Shown: one piece after another, positions 1 through 9,243 of the stretch
Numbering within the stretch: position 1 is the stretch's first letter
Layout of the letters: the number at the start of each line of letters is the position of its first letter
DNA from: Clostridia bacterium
GTDB lineage: Bacteria > Bacillota > Clostridia > Christensenellales > QALW01
Length of the DNA: 64,000 nt
Direction: 5' to 3'
Assembly: GCA_017502165.1 (NCBI GenBank)
Contig: JAFVVO010000012.1
Span: forward strand, 6,174-70,173
Program-made: the position numbers and the translations under genes
The notes under the pieces: model-generated
Database searches by the model: none
Told to the model about the DNA's origin: nothing
Seen by the model: the letters and a program-made list of their open reading frames with translations, nothing else

Positions 1-155
1 AATTCCAATGCGCGTACAAGAGCATACGCATCAAGCGGTGCTGAACTCATATATGCATTATAATTGTACACGTCAAGCCCAAAGCTTACCACAAACCCCA
101 CTGCCAATAACGCCGATATAATATACGCTATCTTATAGATACTTGCCTTTTTCAT
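1..155 (-). CDS. small hydrophobic protein, 3' end cut by the window edge
   Basis: ATG at 155 reads leftwards as MKKASIYKIAYIISALLAVGFVVSFGLDVYNYNAYMSSAPLDAYALVRALE... and stays open to position 1. It has one TM-like segment and no recognised family. Confidence 0.35.
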   Translation of the reverse strand, partial: MKKASIYKIAYIISALLAVGFVVSFGLDVYNYNAYMSSAPLDAYALVRALE

Positions 156-249
156 ATAATGCCCTTCCCCATAAATCTTATTGTTCTCACAAGCTTATTA
201 TATCAAAAAACTTATTGTAAATCAAGTTATAACGCTTTGAAATAAGAAA

Positions 250-269
250 ACTCGGTTTTTAAGCCGAGT
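250..269 (-). terminator. rho-independent terminator downstream of sigH
   Basis: Hairpin ACTCGG-N8-CCGAGT, followed on the minus strand by TTTTCTTATTT, a few nt after the sigH stop. Confidence 0.6.
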
Positions 270-275
270 TTTATA

Positions 276-875
276 TTATTTTACCCCAACAATCCTTGCT
301 AACTTTCCTCTTATTCTCTGCATAGCATTATCAACGCTTTTTCTCGTTATGCCAAAGCTCTGGGCAATTTCATCGTAAGATTTTTCCTGAAGATACTCAA
401 TAAGAATTTTTTTCTCAAGCGGTGAAAGTGATTTTTCAAGTCGCATTTGAGTGCTTCTTCTTTTTTCCTTGGAAATAAAGAGCATTTCAGGGTTCGTATC
501 AGAATTTTCAAGCACGTCCCCCAAGGTAGTGTCATCATCGTCTTTAACGGGCTTATTAAGGGAAATATATGTGTTCAAGGGAATATTCTTTTTTCTTACC
601 GCGCTTTTAAGCGCAGAGATTATTCTCCTTTTTATGCACATGGAAGCAAACGCCCCAAAGGAATCGTTTTTCTCAAGACTAAAGCTCATAATAGCGCGGT
701 ATAAGCCTATCATCCCCTCTTGAATAACGTCCTCCGTTGACGCTCCCGCCATATAAAACCTACGGCTTTTTGCAATAACCAACGGCTTATATTTATCTAA
801 AAGCAGCTCTGCCGCGCGCTTGTCACCCATTTGCGCAAGGATCGCAAGCTTTTCGTCAGAAACGTTTATCTTCAA
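276..875 (-). CDS. sigH: RNA polymerase sporulation sigma factor SigH
   Basis: 199 aa. It resembles B. subtilis SigH along its full length (DVIQEGMIGLYRAI, C-terminal HTH SYDEIAQSFGITRKSVDNAMQRIRGKL). The mrnC-rlmB-sigH order is conserved. Confidence 0.85.
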   Translation of the reverse strand: MKINVSDEKLAILAQMGDKRAAELLLDKYKPLVIAKSRRFYMAGASTEDVIQEGMIGLYRAIMSFSLEKNDSFGAFASMCIKRRIISALKSAVRKKNIPLNTYISLNKPVKDDDDTTLGDVLENSDTNPEMLFISKEKRRSTQMRLEKSLSPLEKKILIEYLQEKSYDEIAQSFGITRKSVDNAMQRIRGKLARIVGVK

Positions 876-1876
876 TTCTTTTCACCCTTTTGACGTAAAC
901 AGTCATAAATTAAAATTCCTGCCGCAACGGAAGCATTAAGGGAATCGATTTTTCCAAGCTGCGGAAGCGATACAAGACAATCGCAGGAGCGCTTAACCAG
1001 GTTAGAAAGTCCTTCTCCCTCTGCGCCGATAACAAGAGCAACCGCCCCGGTTAAATTAACCTTAGAATAGCTTTTGCCCTCCATTGAAGCTCCGTAAACC
1101 CAAACGTTTTCCTTTTTAAGCTTTTCAATGGTCTGTGAAATGTTGGTAACCTTGGCAATGCGCATATATTCAATAGCGCCTGCCGAGCATTTTGCAACTA
1201 CGGGTGTAAGCCCTACTGCCCTGCGAGACGGAATAATAACACCGTGAACGCCTGCACACTCACTGCTACGGATAATCGCTCCAAGATTTTGGGGATCGCA
1301 AATGCCGTCAAGAATAACGATAAAGGGATCCTCACCCTTTTCGCGTGCATAATCTAAAATATCCTCAACCGTGCAATACTCTTTAACTGCAACGTAGGCA
1401 ATAATGCCTTGGTGTGCGCCGGTAATTGAAATTCTGTCTAAGCGCGCCCTTTCAACCTCTTGAATAATTGCACCGTTAACCTTTGCGTCATAAACAATTT
1501 CCTTAACAGAGCCTTGAATTTCACCTTCAGCAACAAGCAAGCGCTCAATCTGTCTGCCTGCCTTAAGGGCCTCGCGAATGGGATTTCTTCCCTCTAAAAT
1601 ATTTTCGCAAACCTCTTGAGTTTCAGGAGCAGCTTTTGTAAAGTTCTTGTCCTCATCAAAATTCTTTTCAAATTTTCTGCCCTTATCGAAAGGCTTTGCA
1701 CCTTTATCGGAGAATTTTCTATCCCCGTACCCCTTTGAGTCTCTGTCAGAAAATTTTCTGTCTCTGTCCGAAAAATTCTTTTTTCCTTCAAAGCCTGAAC
1801 GCTTATCAAAGCGGCCGCCCTTTTTATCTTCAAATCGGTTTTTGTTGCCCTTGTATCCGTTATCAAACTGTTTCAT
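872..1876 (-). CDS. rlmB: 23S rRNA (guanosine-2'-O)-methyltransferase RlmB with an N-terminal low-complexity basic extension
   Basis: 334 aa. The C-terminal ~240 aa are a SpoU/TrmH fold (EGRNPIREAL, LDGICDPQNLGAIIRS, ALVIGAEGEGLS). The first ~95 aa are K/R/D/F-rich repeats. A GGAGAA RBS precedes the start. Confidence 0.85.
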   Translation of the reverse strand: MKQFDNGYKGNKNRFEDKKGGRFDKRSGFEGKKNFSDRDRKFSDRDSKGYGDRKFSDKGAKPFDKGRKFEKNFDEDKNFTKAAPETQEVCENILEGRNPIREALKAGRQIERLLVAEGEIQGSVKEIVYDAKVNGAIIQEVERARLDRISITGAHQGIIAYVAVKEYCTVEDILDYAREKGEDPFIVILDGICDPQNLGAIIRSSECAGVHGVIIPSRRAVGLTPVVAKCSAGAIEYMRIAKVTNISQTIEKLKKENVWVYGASMEGKSYSKVNLTGAVALVIGAEGEGLSNLVKRSCDCLVSLPQLGKIDSLNASVAAGILIYDCLRQKGEKN

Positions 1877-2306
1877 TTTCGTTCTCCAATATAGTTTTGA
1901 TCAAAAAATTTATTCTTTCGCCTCTGCCTAAAATATAAAGATATCCAAATAAAGCCTCGCAGGCCGTAGCCACACGATAATCGTGCATATCGGCATTTTT
2001 AGGAATTGTTCCCGGATGAGAATTTCGTCCCCGTTTGGCAATATATTGCTCATTTTCATCTAAAAGAGGCTCAATAATCTCAAATGCCCTGCGCTGAGCC
2101 GCGGCACACACAAGCTTAGCCGCACACAGATGAAGCTTATGAGGATTCAAATCGTGGGTTGCAACAATATGTGTCCGCACGTTAAGACTGTACACCGCAT
2201 CGCCCACCGACGCCAAAATCAACGGATTTAATTGGCGCACCGCATTTTCATCATTTCCAAACTTTCTTTGAAGCTCATCAAAAATAAAGTTTTCTATCTT
2301 TATCAT
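1863..2306 (-). CDS. mrnC: Mini-ribonuclease 3
   Basis: 147 aa with the Mini-III signature (LASVGDAVYSLNVR; ATACEALFGYLYILG). It overlaps the rlmB start by 14 nt, as in the Bacillus operon. Confidence 0.85.
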   Translation of the reverse strand: MIKIENFIFDELQRKFGNDENAVRQLNPLILASVGDAVYSLNVRTHIVATHDLNPHKLHLCAAKLVCAAAQRRAFEIIEPLLDENEQYIAKRGRNSHPGTIPKNADMHDYRVATACEALFGYLYILGRGERINFLIKTILENENETV

Positions 2307-2379
2307 TCCTTTTGTAATAGTTCAACTCATTATATCAAATTTTTTATAAAATGTATAGTTCTTTGCAAATATTTAGAAA

Positions 2380-2919
2380 TTATTTATATTCACGCAAAGA
2401 AAATATATCGTTTCCGCAAGCATCAATAGCCACTATCAACGGCATTTTTTCCACCTTAAGCTTATGTATTGCTTCCGAAAGCAGCTCATCAAAGGCGACT
2501 ACCGTACATTCCTTAACGCAATCGGCAAGTAAAGCCCCTGCTCCCCCTGCCGCCGCAAGATACACAGCCTTATTGCGCTTACAAGCGTCTATTACCGCTT
2601 GATTACGCTCCCCCTTGCCAATCATAACCGCTTGTCCGCAATCAAGCAAAAGAGGCGCATAAGCGTCCATTCTTCCGCTTGTGGTAGGTCCGCAAGAGCC
2701 AATAGGTCTGCCCTTGGGTGCAGGACACGGTCCGGTATAATAAACAGCAATATCCTTTAATGATATTGGAAGCTCTTTTCCGCTCTCAATTAACGCAACC
2801 AGCCTTTTGTGTGCCGCATCACGTGCAGTATAAATTTCACCGTTTAAGAGCACTCTGTCACCTATTTTAAGCTTTTCAAGCTCTTTTCTGTCCGCAATAG
2901 GAAAGGTAATCTCTATCAT
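2380..2919 (-). CDS. class I fumarate hydratase (Fe-S hydro-lyase), beta subunit
   Basis: 179 aa with the tartrate/fumarate hydro-lyase beta-type domain (GEIYTARDAAHKRL, GPTTSGRMD). Confidence 0.85.
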   Translation of the reverse strand: MIEITFPIADRKELEKLKIGDRVLLNGEIYTARDAAHKRLVALIESGKELPISLKDIAVYYTGPCPAPKGRPIGSCGPTTSGRMDAYAPLLLDCGQAVMIGKGERNQAVIDACKRNKAVYLAAAGGAGALLADCVKECTVVAFDELLSEAIHKLKVEKMPLIVAIDACGNDIFSLREYK

Positions 2920-3743
2920 AATACCACCTCACCGTGTCTGGCACAATGGCACTGAATATTCACCGCAACGGGAAGTCCCGCAATATGGGTTGGATACGTT
3001 TCAACGTATACCGCAAGAGCCGTATTTACTCCTCCCATACCCTGAGGGCCGATTCCCAGCCGATTTATTTTTTCCAAAAGCTCCTCCTCAAGCTTAGCAA
3101 TAGCCTCGTCCTTCGCAGGAACCGAAACGGCAACAGCGTGCTTTGCCATAATAGCCGCCTTTTCCATCGTACCGCCGATACCAACGCCGACAACCACGGG
3201 CGGACAAGGATTTGCGCCGGCATTTTTTACCGTCTCAATAACGAAATTCTTAATGCCTTCAATGCTATCCGAGGGCTTAAGCATTTTAAGCGCGCTCATA
3301 TTTTCACTGCCGAAGCCCTTAGGCGCAACGGTAAGAGCAATTTTATCTCCCTTGCAAAGAGAAACGTGCACAACCGCAGGAGTATTATCCTTAGTGTTTA
3401 CTCTGTCGATAGGCGTAAGCACGCTTTTACGGAAATCCTTATACGCTCTTCTGACTCCTTCGTTTACCGCATCCTCAAACAAGCCGCCCACAATATGCAC
3501 GTCCTGACCGATTTCAGCGAAAACAACCACCATTCCGGTATCCTGGCAAATAGGCATATTATTCTCTCTTGCCACACGGGAATTTTCTATTGCAATTTCA
3601 AGATTTGCCTTGCCAAATTCGGTTTTTTCGGTATTTAAGGCGTTTTCAAGCAGTTGAACTGTTTTTTCGTTAAGCTGAATGCAAACGTCCTTGCACAGTT
3701 TTTCAATTGCATCAGAAATTACTTCAACGCTGATTTCACGCAT
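2916..3743 (-). CDS. class I fumarate hydratase (Fe-S hydro-lyase), alpha subunit
   Basis: 275 aa alpha-type domain ([22 protein letters not shown]). It overlaps the beta gene by 4 nt. Confidence 0.85.
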   Translation of the reverse strand: MREISVEVISDAIEKLCKDVCIQLNEKTVQLLENALNTEKTEFGKANLEIAIENSRVARENNMPICQDTGMVVVFAEIGQDVHIVGGLFEDAVNEGVRRAYKDFRKSVLTPIDRVNTKDNTPAVVHVSLCKGDKIALTVAPKGFGSENMSALKMLKPSDSIEGIKNFVIETVKNAGANPCPPVVVGVGIGGTMEKAAIMAKHAVAVSVPAKDEAIAKLEEELLEKINRLGIGPQGMGGVNTALAVYVETYPTHIAGLPVAVNIQCHCARHGEVVL

Positions 3744-3880
3744 AAAAAATCTCCTTATTTTTTTAATAAGAAGATTATAATATATTTATTTAATTTTTGC
3801 AATTACATATTACTCAAATCGCCGCTTTCCCGATTACGTACTGCATTACGCCTCTATTTTCCCAAAGATAACTCTTATTT

Positions 3881-4594
3881 TTAAGTGTTTTCAGGCGTTC
3901 TTATTTGCGAAATATAATTACACGTGCCGTCAAAAATAGCGTAAGCAAGCTTTTCCTGATGATTTTGGTCAAGCAATAACGCCTCTTCCTCAGGGCAAGA
4001 CAAAAAACCGCACTCAATCATAACGGAAGTAGAATTACCGTGGCGAAGCATAAAAAAATTCTCGCTCTTAATTTGACGCTTGTTTTGCTCGTCAACGTTT
4101 TTGCTTAAGCTTTCCTGAATAGTTTCCGCAAGCCTTTGCCCCGTTTCCGAGCCGGGATAATAAAAGGTCTGTGCCCCCTTAACACTTTTATTCTGAGGAA
4201 AACTGTTACAATGAATGCTTATAACGATATACGGTGAAACCGATTCAATAATTCGAGCTCTCGCGCTCATATCCTCCATTTTGTCGAAATCGCCTTTGCA
4301 CAGAGCGTCATCGTCCTCTCTCGTTAGGACCACCGTAGCGCCGCAGCTTTCAAACAACCCCTTCAGTTTTTTTGTGATGCTTAGGTTTACGTCCTTTTCT
4401 CTTGTTAAGGTCTTTATTCCTATTGCTCCGCCGTCCTGACCGCCGTGTCCCGCATCAAGAACAATCACAAAATTCAAAAGCGGATATTCATTATAACAAG
4501 CTTCTGCTCTGCTAACAGACATATTAACCAAATGTAAAACAAAGCACGCACAAAGCAAAACCGAACAAATTATTTTTAAGGCTTTTTCAAACAT
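3881..4594 (-). CDS. cwlD: N-acetylmuramoyl-L-alanine amidase, CwlD-like (spore cortex)
   Basis: 237 aa. An N-terminal anchor is followed by an Amidase_3 domain (VLDAGHGGQDGGAIG, SIHCNSF). Size and architecture match CwlD. Confidence 0.75.
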   Translation of the reverse strand: MFEKALKIICSVLLCACFVLHLVNMSVSRAEACYNEYPLLNFVIVLDAGHGGQDGGAIGIKTLTREKDVNLSITKKLKGLFESCGATVVLTREDDDALCKGDFDKMEDMSARARIIESVSPYIVISIHCNSFPQNKSVKGAQTFYYPGSETGQRLAETIQESLSKNVDEQNKRQIKSENFFMLRHGNSTSVMIECGFLSCPEEEALLLDQNHQEKLAYAIFDGTCNYISQIRTPENT

Positions 4595-4692
4595 ATTGTT
4601 ACTCCTTTTCTACAACAATATATTTTAAAAACTATAAAAATATGCTTCAACAACCTTTTGCGTGCTATAAATTTTAATTATTTTTTAATCTG

Positions 4693-6057
4693 TTATGCTT
4701 TTTTAAGAGAATCTAATATATCTTTGCCTTCTTTAACAATAAGCTCCGCAACTCCCGCTTTATAAGGAGAAGTTCTCGCTTCATATCCACCTTCATCATA
4801 AGCAGATTTTACGGGGAAATATCCTTCGTCACCGTTAGCAAGTGAGCAAGGCATAATCATTCCCCATCCCGAAGTTTCTTTAATACCCATACCAATATCT
4901 GTAAAAGGCTCTCCGGGAATACCTAAAAGCACAACGGGGCCAATTTGAACTGCAACAAGTTCAAGAGCAAATTCCTTTGGACCAAACTCCATTCTGCACA
5001 TGCGCAGAGCCTCCGCAACAACAGTTGTAAGTTCCATTGCTGTGTAAGGAATTAAATCATCGCGTCCTTCATCATGGAGTTCCTTATATTTGTGGGCCGT
5101 AGGCATATCCTCAGGCTCAGGGCAGTTTGCAGGAGCGTAGATCATCTTTCGAAGAATCTTAACGTTATCAACGTCTTCGTAATTAACCTTATCAAACACC
5201 TGCAAAACCGTGCCCGCAACAGCTCGTCCTACAAATCGTGACATTCCGGGGCTCTTCATTTCATTATCAAAGCTTATTTCCGTATCGTTCATATCTGACT
5301 TCGTGGGATGAACATTTGTGCTTCCTACGTCTCCTTCAGCACCGTTGAAGAAAATACTCTTTGTTCCGTCAAGAGCGTTTTCAATAGTCTTATACATCCA
5401 TGCAGGCCAATCCCCCGAAAGCATTTCACCGTTAACTGTATCAGCGTGCAAACCGTAATTTACTAAAACGACACTTTCCGCGCCTTCCCGGTCAAAGCGA
5501 ACAACATTTATTCTTTGGTCAAGTTCTCCAATAGGATAATCAATATTAGGATCATTAATAGGCGGACACGTCATAGTAGAGCCGTCTTTCATTTTATATC
5601 GTCTTATATATGCTATTCTATCTGGAGCCTTGCCTACTGCATATCCCATTTTTGCAGGCTTTAAGTCTTTAAATGCTTCAACTGCCCCCTCCGTAATTCT
5701 TTCTTTAACTATGGCAGAATACTCTTCAATAAGCTTTTCGTCAGCCTTAAACATATCTGTTTTAACTAGCAAACCTCCGGTATGAGTATGTGTAGCAGAA
5801 ACAAAAACGTTTTCCTTTGGCACACCCGTTGCTTTTTCAATAAGCCGTCCATATTCAAGCACAAGACCTCTGTCAACACCACAAACAGGAACACTTATTA
5901 AAAATATTACGTTGCCGTTTAAAGACAAAGCAAGAGCGCGCACGTCAAGTTCATCTAACACGCCCTTTGCAAACCTTGGAACGTAATAACCGCCAATACC
6001 GATATTCATCGGGGGCGTTACGTTAACAGCAGAAAATCCCACCTTAAAATCACTCAT
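4693..6057 (-). CDS. hypothetical hydrolase resembling the bacterial neutral/alkaline ceramidase N-terminal-domain family
   Basis: 454 aa counted from ATG 6057, which has a GAGGTG RBS; the ORF track starts 12 nt earlier at a TTG. The family call is from memory of the motifs only. Confidence 0.5.
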   Translation of the reverse strand: MSDFKVGFSAVNVTPPMNIGIGGYYVPRFAKGVLDELDVRALALSLNGNVIFLISVPVCGVDRGLVLEYGRLIEKATGVPKENVFVSATHTHTGGLLVKTDMFKADEKLIEEYSAIVKERITEGAVEAFKDLKPAKMGYAVGKAPDRIAYIRRYKMKDGSTMTCPPINDPNIDYPIGELDQRINVVRFDREGAESVVLVNYGLHADTVNGEMLSGDWPAWMYKTIENALDGTKSIFFNGAEGDVGSTNVHPTKSDMNDTEISFDNEMKSPGMSRFVGRAVAGTVLQVFDKVNYEDVDNVKILRKMIYAPANCPEPEDMPTAHKYKELHDEGRDDLIPYTAMELTTVVAEALRMCRMEFGPKEFALELVAVQIGPVVLLGIPGEPFTDIGMGIKETSGWGMIMPCSLANGDEGYFPVKSAYDEGGYEARTSPYKAGVAELIVKEGKDILDSLKKA

Positions 6058-6083
6058 ATTACACCTCAAAATTATTTTAACAC

Positions 6084-7220
6084 TTAAATCATTTTGCCTT
6101 CAGCGATAACGCGCAACACGTTAAACTTATCATCAACAAAAACAATATCCGCCTTTTTACCTACAGCTATTGAACCAATTTCATCATCTAAACCAATTAC
6201 CTTTGCAGGATTAAGCGAAGCCATTACAAAGGCCTGGGCAATTCCACAGTTGGTATGTGCCATAACGTTACGGCAAGCCAAGTTCATGGTAAGCCTGCTG
6301 CCTGAAATACCGCCACGCTCATCAAAGTTAAGGTCTTTAATGTGCTCTAACTCCTTAGGTGCAGGAAGCTCAGAATCCGTACAATCGGTAATAAGCACAA
6401 CTTTCGAAACACCTTTAACAGAAATCAATAATCTCTGCATATCAGGTAAAACATGAATTCCACAAGAATCTGAAATCATTTCAGTATAAATTTCAGGTTC
6501 GAGCAAGCCATACTCATCAGGCCCTACACCTCGAATTCCCTTTGGCACGCTTACTCTTCCCGTAGCATCTCCAAAGTGAGTCTGAAGTCTTGGCTTCAAA
6601 ACGCCAAGAGCACGAATTTGCTCAGGCGTAGCCTCACTGTGTCCAACAGAAAACACAACGCCAGGATTAGCTTTTTTTGCATCCTTCATAAAATCTTTTA
6701 TACCTTCAACTTCAGGTGCAACAGTCCATATTTTAATAAACTCTCCACCTTCGGCAACAATGGGAGCATATTCATCCTTCTTAGGTATAGGTTGTCCGTC
6801 TAACAAAAATACGCCCGCTCCATATTTAATATTGATATATGGACCTTCCATATTAATTCCTTTAATGCTGGAAGAATGTTTTGCAACCTCTTTTATATGC
6901 TTTATTTTCTCAAGCAATTCCGAAAAAGAAAAAGTATATCCTAACGTGGGCAAAAAACTTGTAGTACCATGTGCAAGAAAATATTCTACTGTGTCTTCAA
7001 TCGTAACGTCAATGCCACTTTTCGTTCCGCGATGAACGTGAATATCTACAAATCCGGGACCAACGTATGCCCCCTGCGCATCGATAATCTCATATCCTTC
7101 AGCAGAAATTTCATCTTTCGTGCCAACGTTAAGGATTCTATCATTCTCTATTAAAACAACACCGTCAAATATAATTCCGTTTTCAAGTACAACGTTAGCG
7201 TTTATTATTGCTTTTTTCAT
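6084..7220 (-). CDS. nagA: N-acetylglucosamine-6-phosphate deacetylase-like amidohydrolase
   Basis: 378 aa with NagA-type motifs GFVDIHVH, NMEGPYI, VGHSEAT and LITDC. Confidence 0.7.
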   Translation of the reverse strand: MKKAIINANVVLENGIIFDGVVLIENDRILNVGTKDEISAEGYEIIDAQGAYVGPGFVDIHVHRGTKSGIDVTIEDTVEYFLAHGTTSFLPTLGYTFSFSELLEKIKHIKEVAKHSSSIKGINMEGPYINIKYGAGVFLLDGQPIPKKDEYAPIVAEGGEFIKIWTVAPEVEGIKDFMKDAKKANPGVVFSVGHSEATPEQIRALGVLKPRLQTHFGDATGRVSVPKGIRGVGPDEYGLLEPEIYTEMISDSCGIHVLPDMQRLLISVKGVSKVVLITDCTDSELPAPKELEHIKDLNFDERGGISGSRLTMNLACRNVMAHTNCGIAQAFVMASLNPAKVIGLDDEIGSIAVGKKADIVFVDDKFNVLRVIAEGKMI

Positions 7221-7507
7221 TTTTTTACCACTTCCGCAGCCATTATCTGATTGTCATTTATATAACAAAATTTTCTGTTTAAAATACTAACACGCCAACA
7301 ATGCATTTGCAATATTTTTTTCTTAAAATGCAACAAAAAAGCACAAAATTGCTATGTTTACATATAAAAAAGCCCTTATTTCCTAAGGCTTACCGAAATT
7401 TAAAAAAATGTATATCGTATACATTTTAATTTTTTGTAAATTTTAATAAAAAAACTATCAAAACGCTCCTTTTGTAATATATTTTTAACAATTTTCAGCA
7501 AAAAAAG

Positions 7508-7665
7508 TTCTCCACAGCTTTTTTCCCAAAAACACTGGATTTTTTTGGTATGTTGTGGATAACTTAATTTTTCGCCAAAAAGTTATCCACAGTTAATATC
7601 CCCATTTTCCTGCACATATGTTTTTATCCACAGATAAAAGAAAAGTTATCCACAACTGTTGATAA
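7508..7665. promoter_or_regulatory. DnaA-box cluster (4 perfect and 2 one-mismatch boxes)
   Basis: Perfect TTATCCACA at 7583-7591(+), 7624-7632(+), 7646-7654(+) and 7554-7562(-). TTcTCCACA at 7508-7516(+) and TTATCaACA at 7657-7665(-). The cluster sits in a 556-bp AT-rich intergenic region. Confidence 0.7.
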
Positions 7666-7776
7666 CTTTATTTTTTTCGTTTTTTTCATTTAAGAAAAAC
7701 CTTGTCAAGTGTTTTTTGCAAATTTATTTGTAAATTTTTCGTATTTTTATTCACTTTTCTGTATATTTTTTGTATA

Positions 7777-8229
7777 TCATTTTCTAAATTTTTCCACTAA
7801 TTCCTTAACCCATTCCTTTTCGGGACTTTCAACCGTGGCAAGAGGCGCGCCGTTTGAAAGCGGAGTATCGGTTTTGAACATATAAAGCTTAATTTCTCTG
7901 TTCTGCCCCTCTTTTATCTGGGCAAAAAACAAAGCGTAATCATTATATCCCTCTTTATATCCAAGCACCGAAAATGTCCCGTAATTTTGCGCAATAGGAT
8001 ATCTTTTATCCTTAATAACCTCTATCTCCGCCCGCTCGCTTCTTCCGTCCGAGCCCGTCTCAAGCACGCAATCATTTTCAGGCAGAACTATTTTCACGTT
8101 TTCTATCGGAAGACCGCTCAACCCGTCAAGCGCATAAAACGTTACGTATCCCTTTGGCGCCTCCTCCTTGGGTGTGCAGGCACAAAAGCAAACTAAAATC
8201 AGAAATAAACCGCAAATTTTCTTTATCAT
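7777..8229 (-). CDS. lipoprotein with a carboxypeptidase-regulatory-like beta-sandwich segment
   Basis: 150 aa from ATG 8229 (GGGGTG RBS). It has the lipobox LVCFCAC and the segment YVTFYALDGLSGLPIENVKIVL. Confidence 0.55.
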   Translation of the reverse strand: MIKKICGLFLILVCFCACTPKEEAPKGYVTFYALDGLSGLPIENVKIVLPENDCVLETGSDGRSERAEIEVIKDKRYPIAQNYGTFSVLGYKEGYNDYALFFAQIKEGQNREIKLYMFKTDTPLSNGAPLATVESPEKEWVKELVEKFRK

Positions 8230-8359
8230 CTCATTCACCCCTTTTCTTTCTTAACTTAATAATATTTTCTCCCGTTAAAATTATGACTAATATTTAATTG
8301 ACTTGCATCTGTCTGATACTGTATAATAATATTAACAAAAAAATAAAGGAATGTTGTTT

Positions 8360-9196
8360 ATGAAAAAATTTCTCTCTTGTCTTTTTATTTTGGCAACCGT
8401 AGCCGTCTTCTGTGCTTGTTCAACAAACACCTCCGGCTCCATTCCAACCGCAGCAATAACCCCCTCCCCAACTCCCGACGTTATTACAACTCCATCCCCA
8501 ACCCCCGTTCCCGAATTATATAAGGCAGAGGTCAAGGTCAGCAGCGTCCTCAATGTGCGCGAAAACCCTTCAACCGACGCTAAGATAGTCTCTGCGCTTC
8601 CCAACAAAACAGAGGTCAGCGTTTTCAGCGAGGAAAACGGTTGGTGCTATATTGAAGCCGTGGTTGTAAAAGACGGCGTTCAATCCGTTGTCAAAGGCTA
8701 CTGTTCACGCAACTTTTTATTCAGAACAACTGCAACTCCCACAGCAACGAATCCCACCTTTGCAACAAATCCCCCAAGTGCCGACGCCACGCCGGATAAC
8801 TTCAATTTTGGCTACACAAATCTTCCAACGCCCTATCCCAAGGACGCCACCACCACTGCCGAAATGTTAGAAAGCGCCGATGCTGACATTGCCATTTGCA
8901 AGGCAAAGCTTGCTCAGCTTGTTTCAAAAGTAAAAGCTTACGCTCAGCAGCACCCCAACGATCAGGAAATTCAAACCGCCAAGGACAAAATTGTTGCTTC
9001 CCAAGCTCATTGGGAGGAGCACGCCCTGATAGAATTGGAATACAAGTGGGAAATCTACGCAAATATCGAAAGCTGGGGCACAAACTTCAGCTTAGCAAAG
9101 AGCAGCGACATATTAAGCACATATGAAGCCCGCCTTGCCTATATGGAAGAGACATATAAAATCTATATTGGCGCCGCCTCATACTTTAAGGGCTAA
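8360..9196 (+). CDS. lipoprotein with an SH3b-like domain and a helical C-terminal domain
   Basis: 278 aa from ATG 8360 (AAAGGA RBS). It has the signal/lipobox LATVAVFCACS, a P/T linker and an SH3b-like segment VLNVRENPSTDAKIVSALPNKTEVSVFSEENGWCYIE. Confidence 0.6.
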   Translation: MKKFLSCLFILATVAVFCACSTNTSGSIPTAAITPSPTPDVITTPSPTPVPELYKAEVKVSSVLNVRENPSTDAKIVSALPNKTEVSVFSEENGWCYIEAVVVKDGVQSVVKGYCSRNFLFRTTATPTATNPTFATNPPSADATPDNFNFGYTNLPTPYPKDATTTAEMLESADADIAICKAKLAQLVSKVKAYAQQHPNDQEIQTAKDKIVASQAHWEEHALIELEYKWEIYANIESWGTNFSLAKSSDILSTYEARLAYMEETYKIYIGAASYFKG

Positions 9197-9213
9197 GCGG
9201 AACCAAAAAAGCA

Positions 9214-9238
9214 AAAACGCATCACTTCGATGCGTTTT
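9214..9238. terminator. bidirectional rho-independent terminator between convergent genes
   Basis: Stem AAAACGCATC / GATGCGTTTT with loop ACTTC. It is flanked by A-runs upstream and T-runs downstream. Confidence 0.7.
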
Positions 9239-9243
9239 ATTTT

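Noticed and set aside
2934-3638. Long antisense ORFs lie inside well-supported genes: 2934..3638(+), 11439..11930(+), 16566..17048(+), 44627..45199(+), 50841..51407(+), 53515..54009(+) and 31124..31579(+).
   Set aside because: Each lies wholly inside, and opposite to, a gene with clear family motifs. Their translations are low-complexity or compositionally odd and lack RBSs. They are typical shadow ORFs.
7240-7776. The DnaA-box cluster plus AT-rich flanks could be the chromosomal origin, oriC.
   Set aside because: Neither dnaA nor dnaN is adjacent. Gene orientation does not flip here: essential, highly expressed genes on both sides (sigH/rlmB on the left; rplS, ffh, smc and dnaE on the right) are all on the minus strand. 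This fits one replichore passing through the window. GC skew could not be computed by eye, so the question remains open under the DnaA-box finding.
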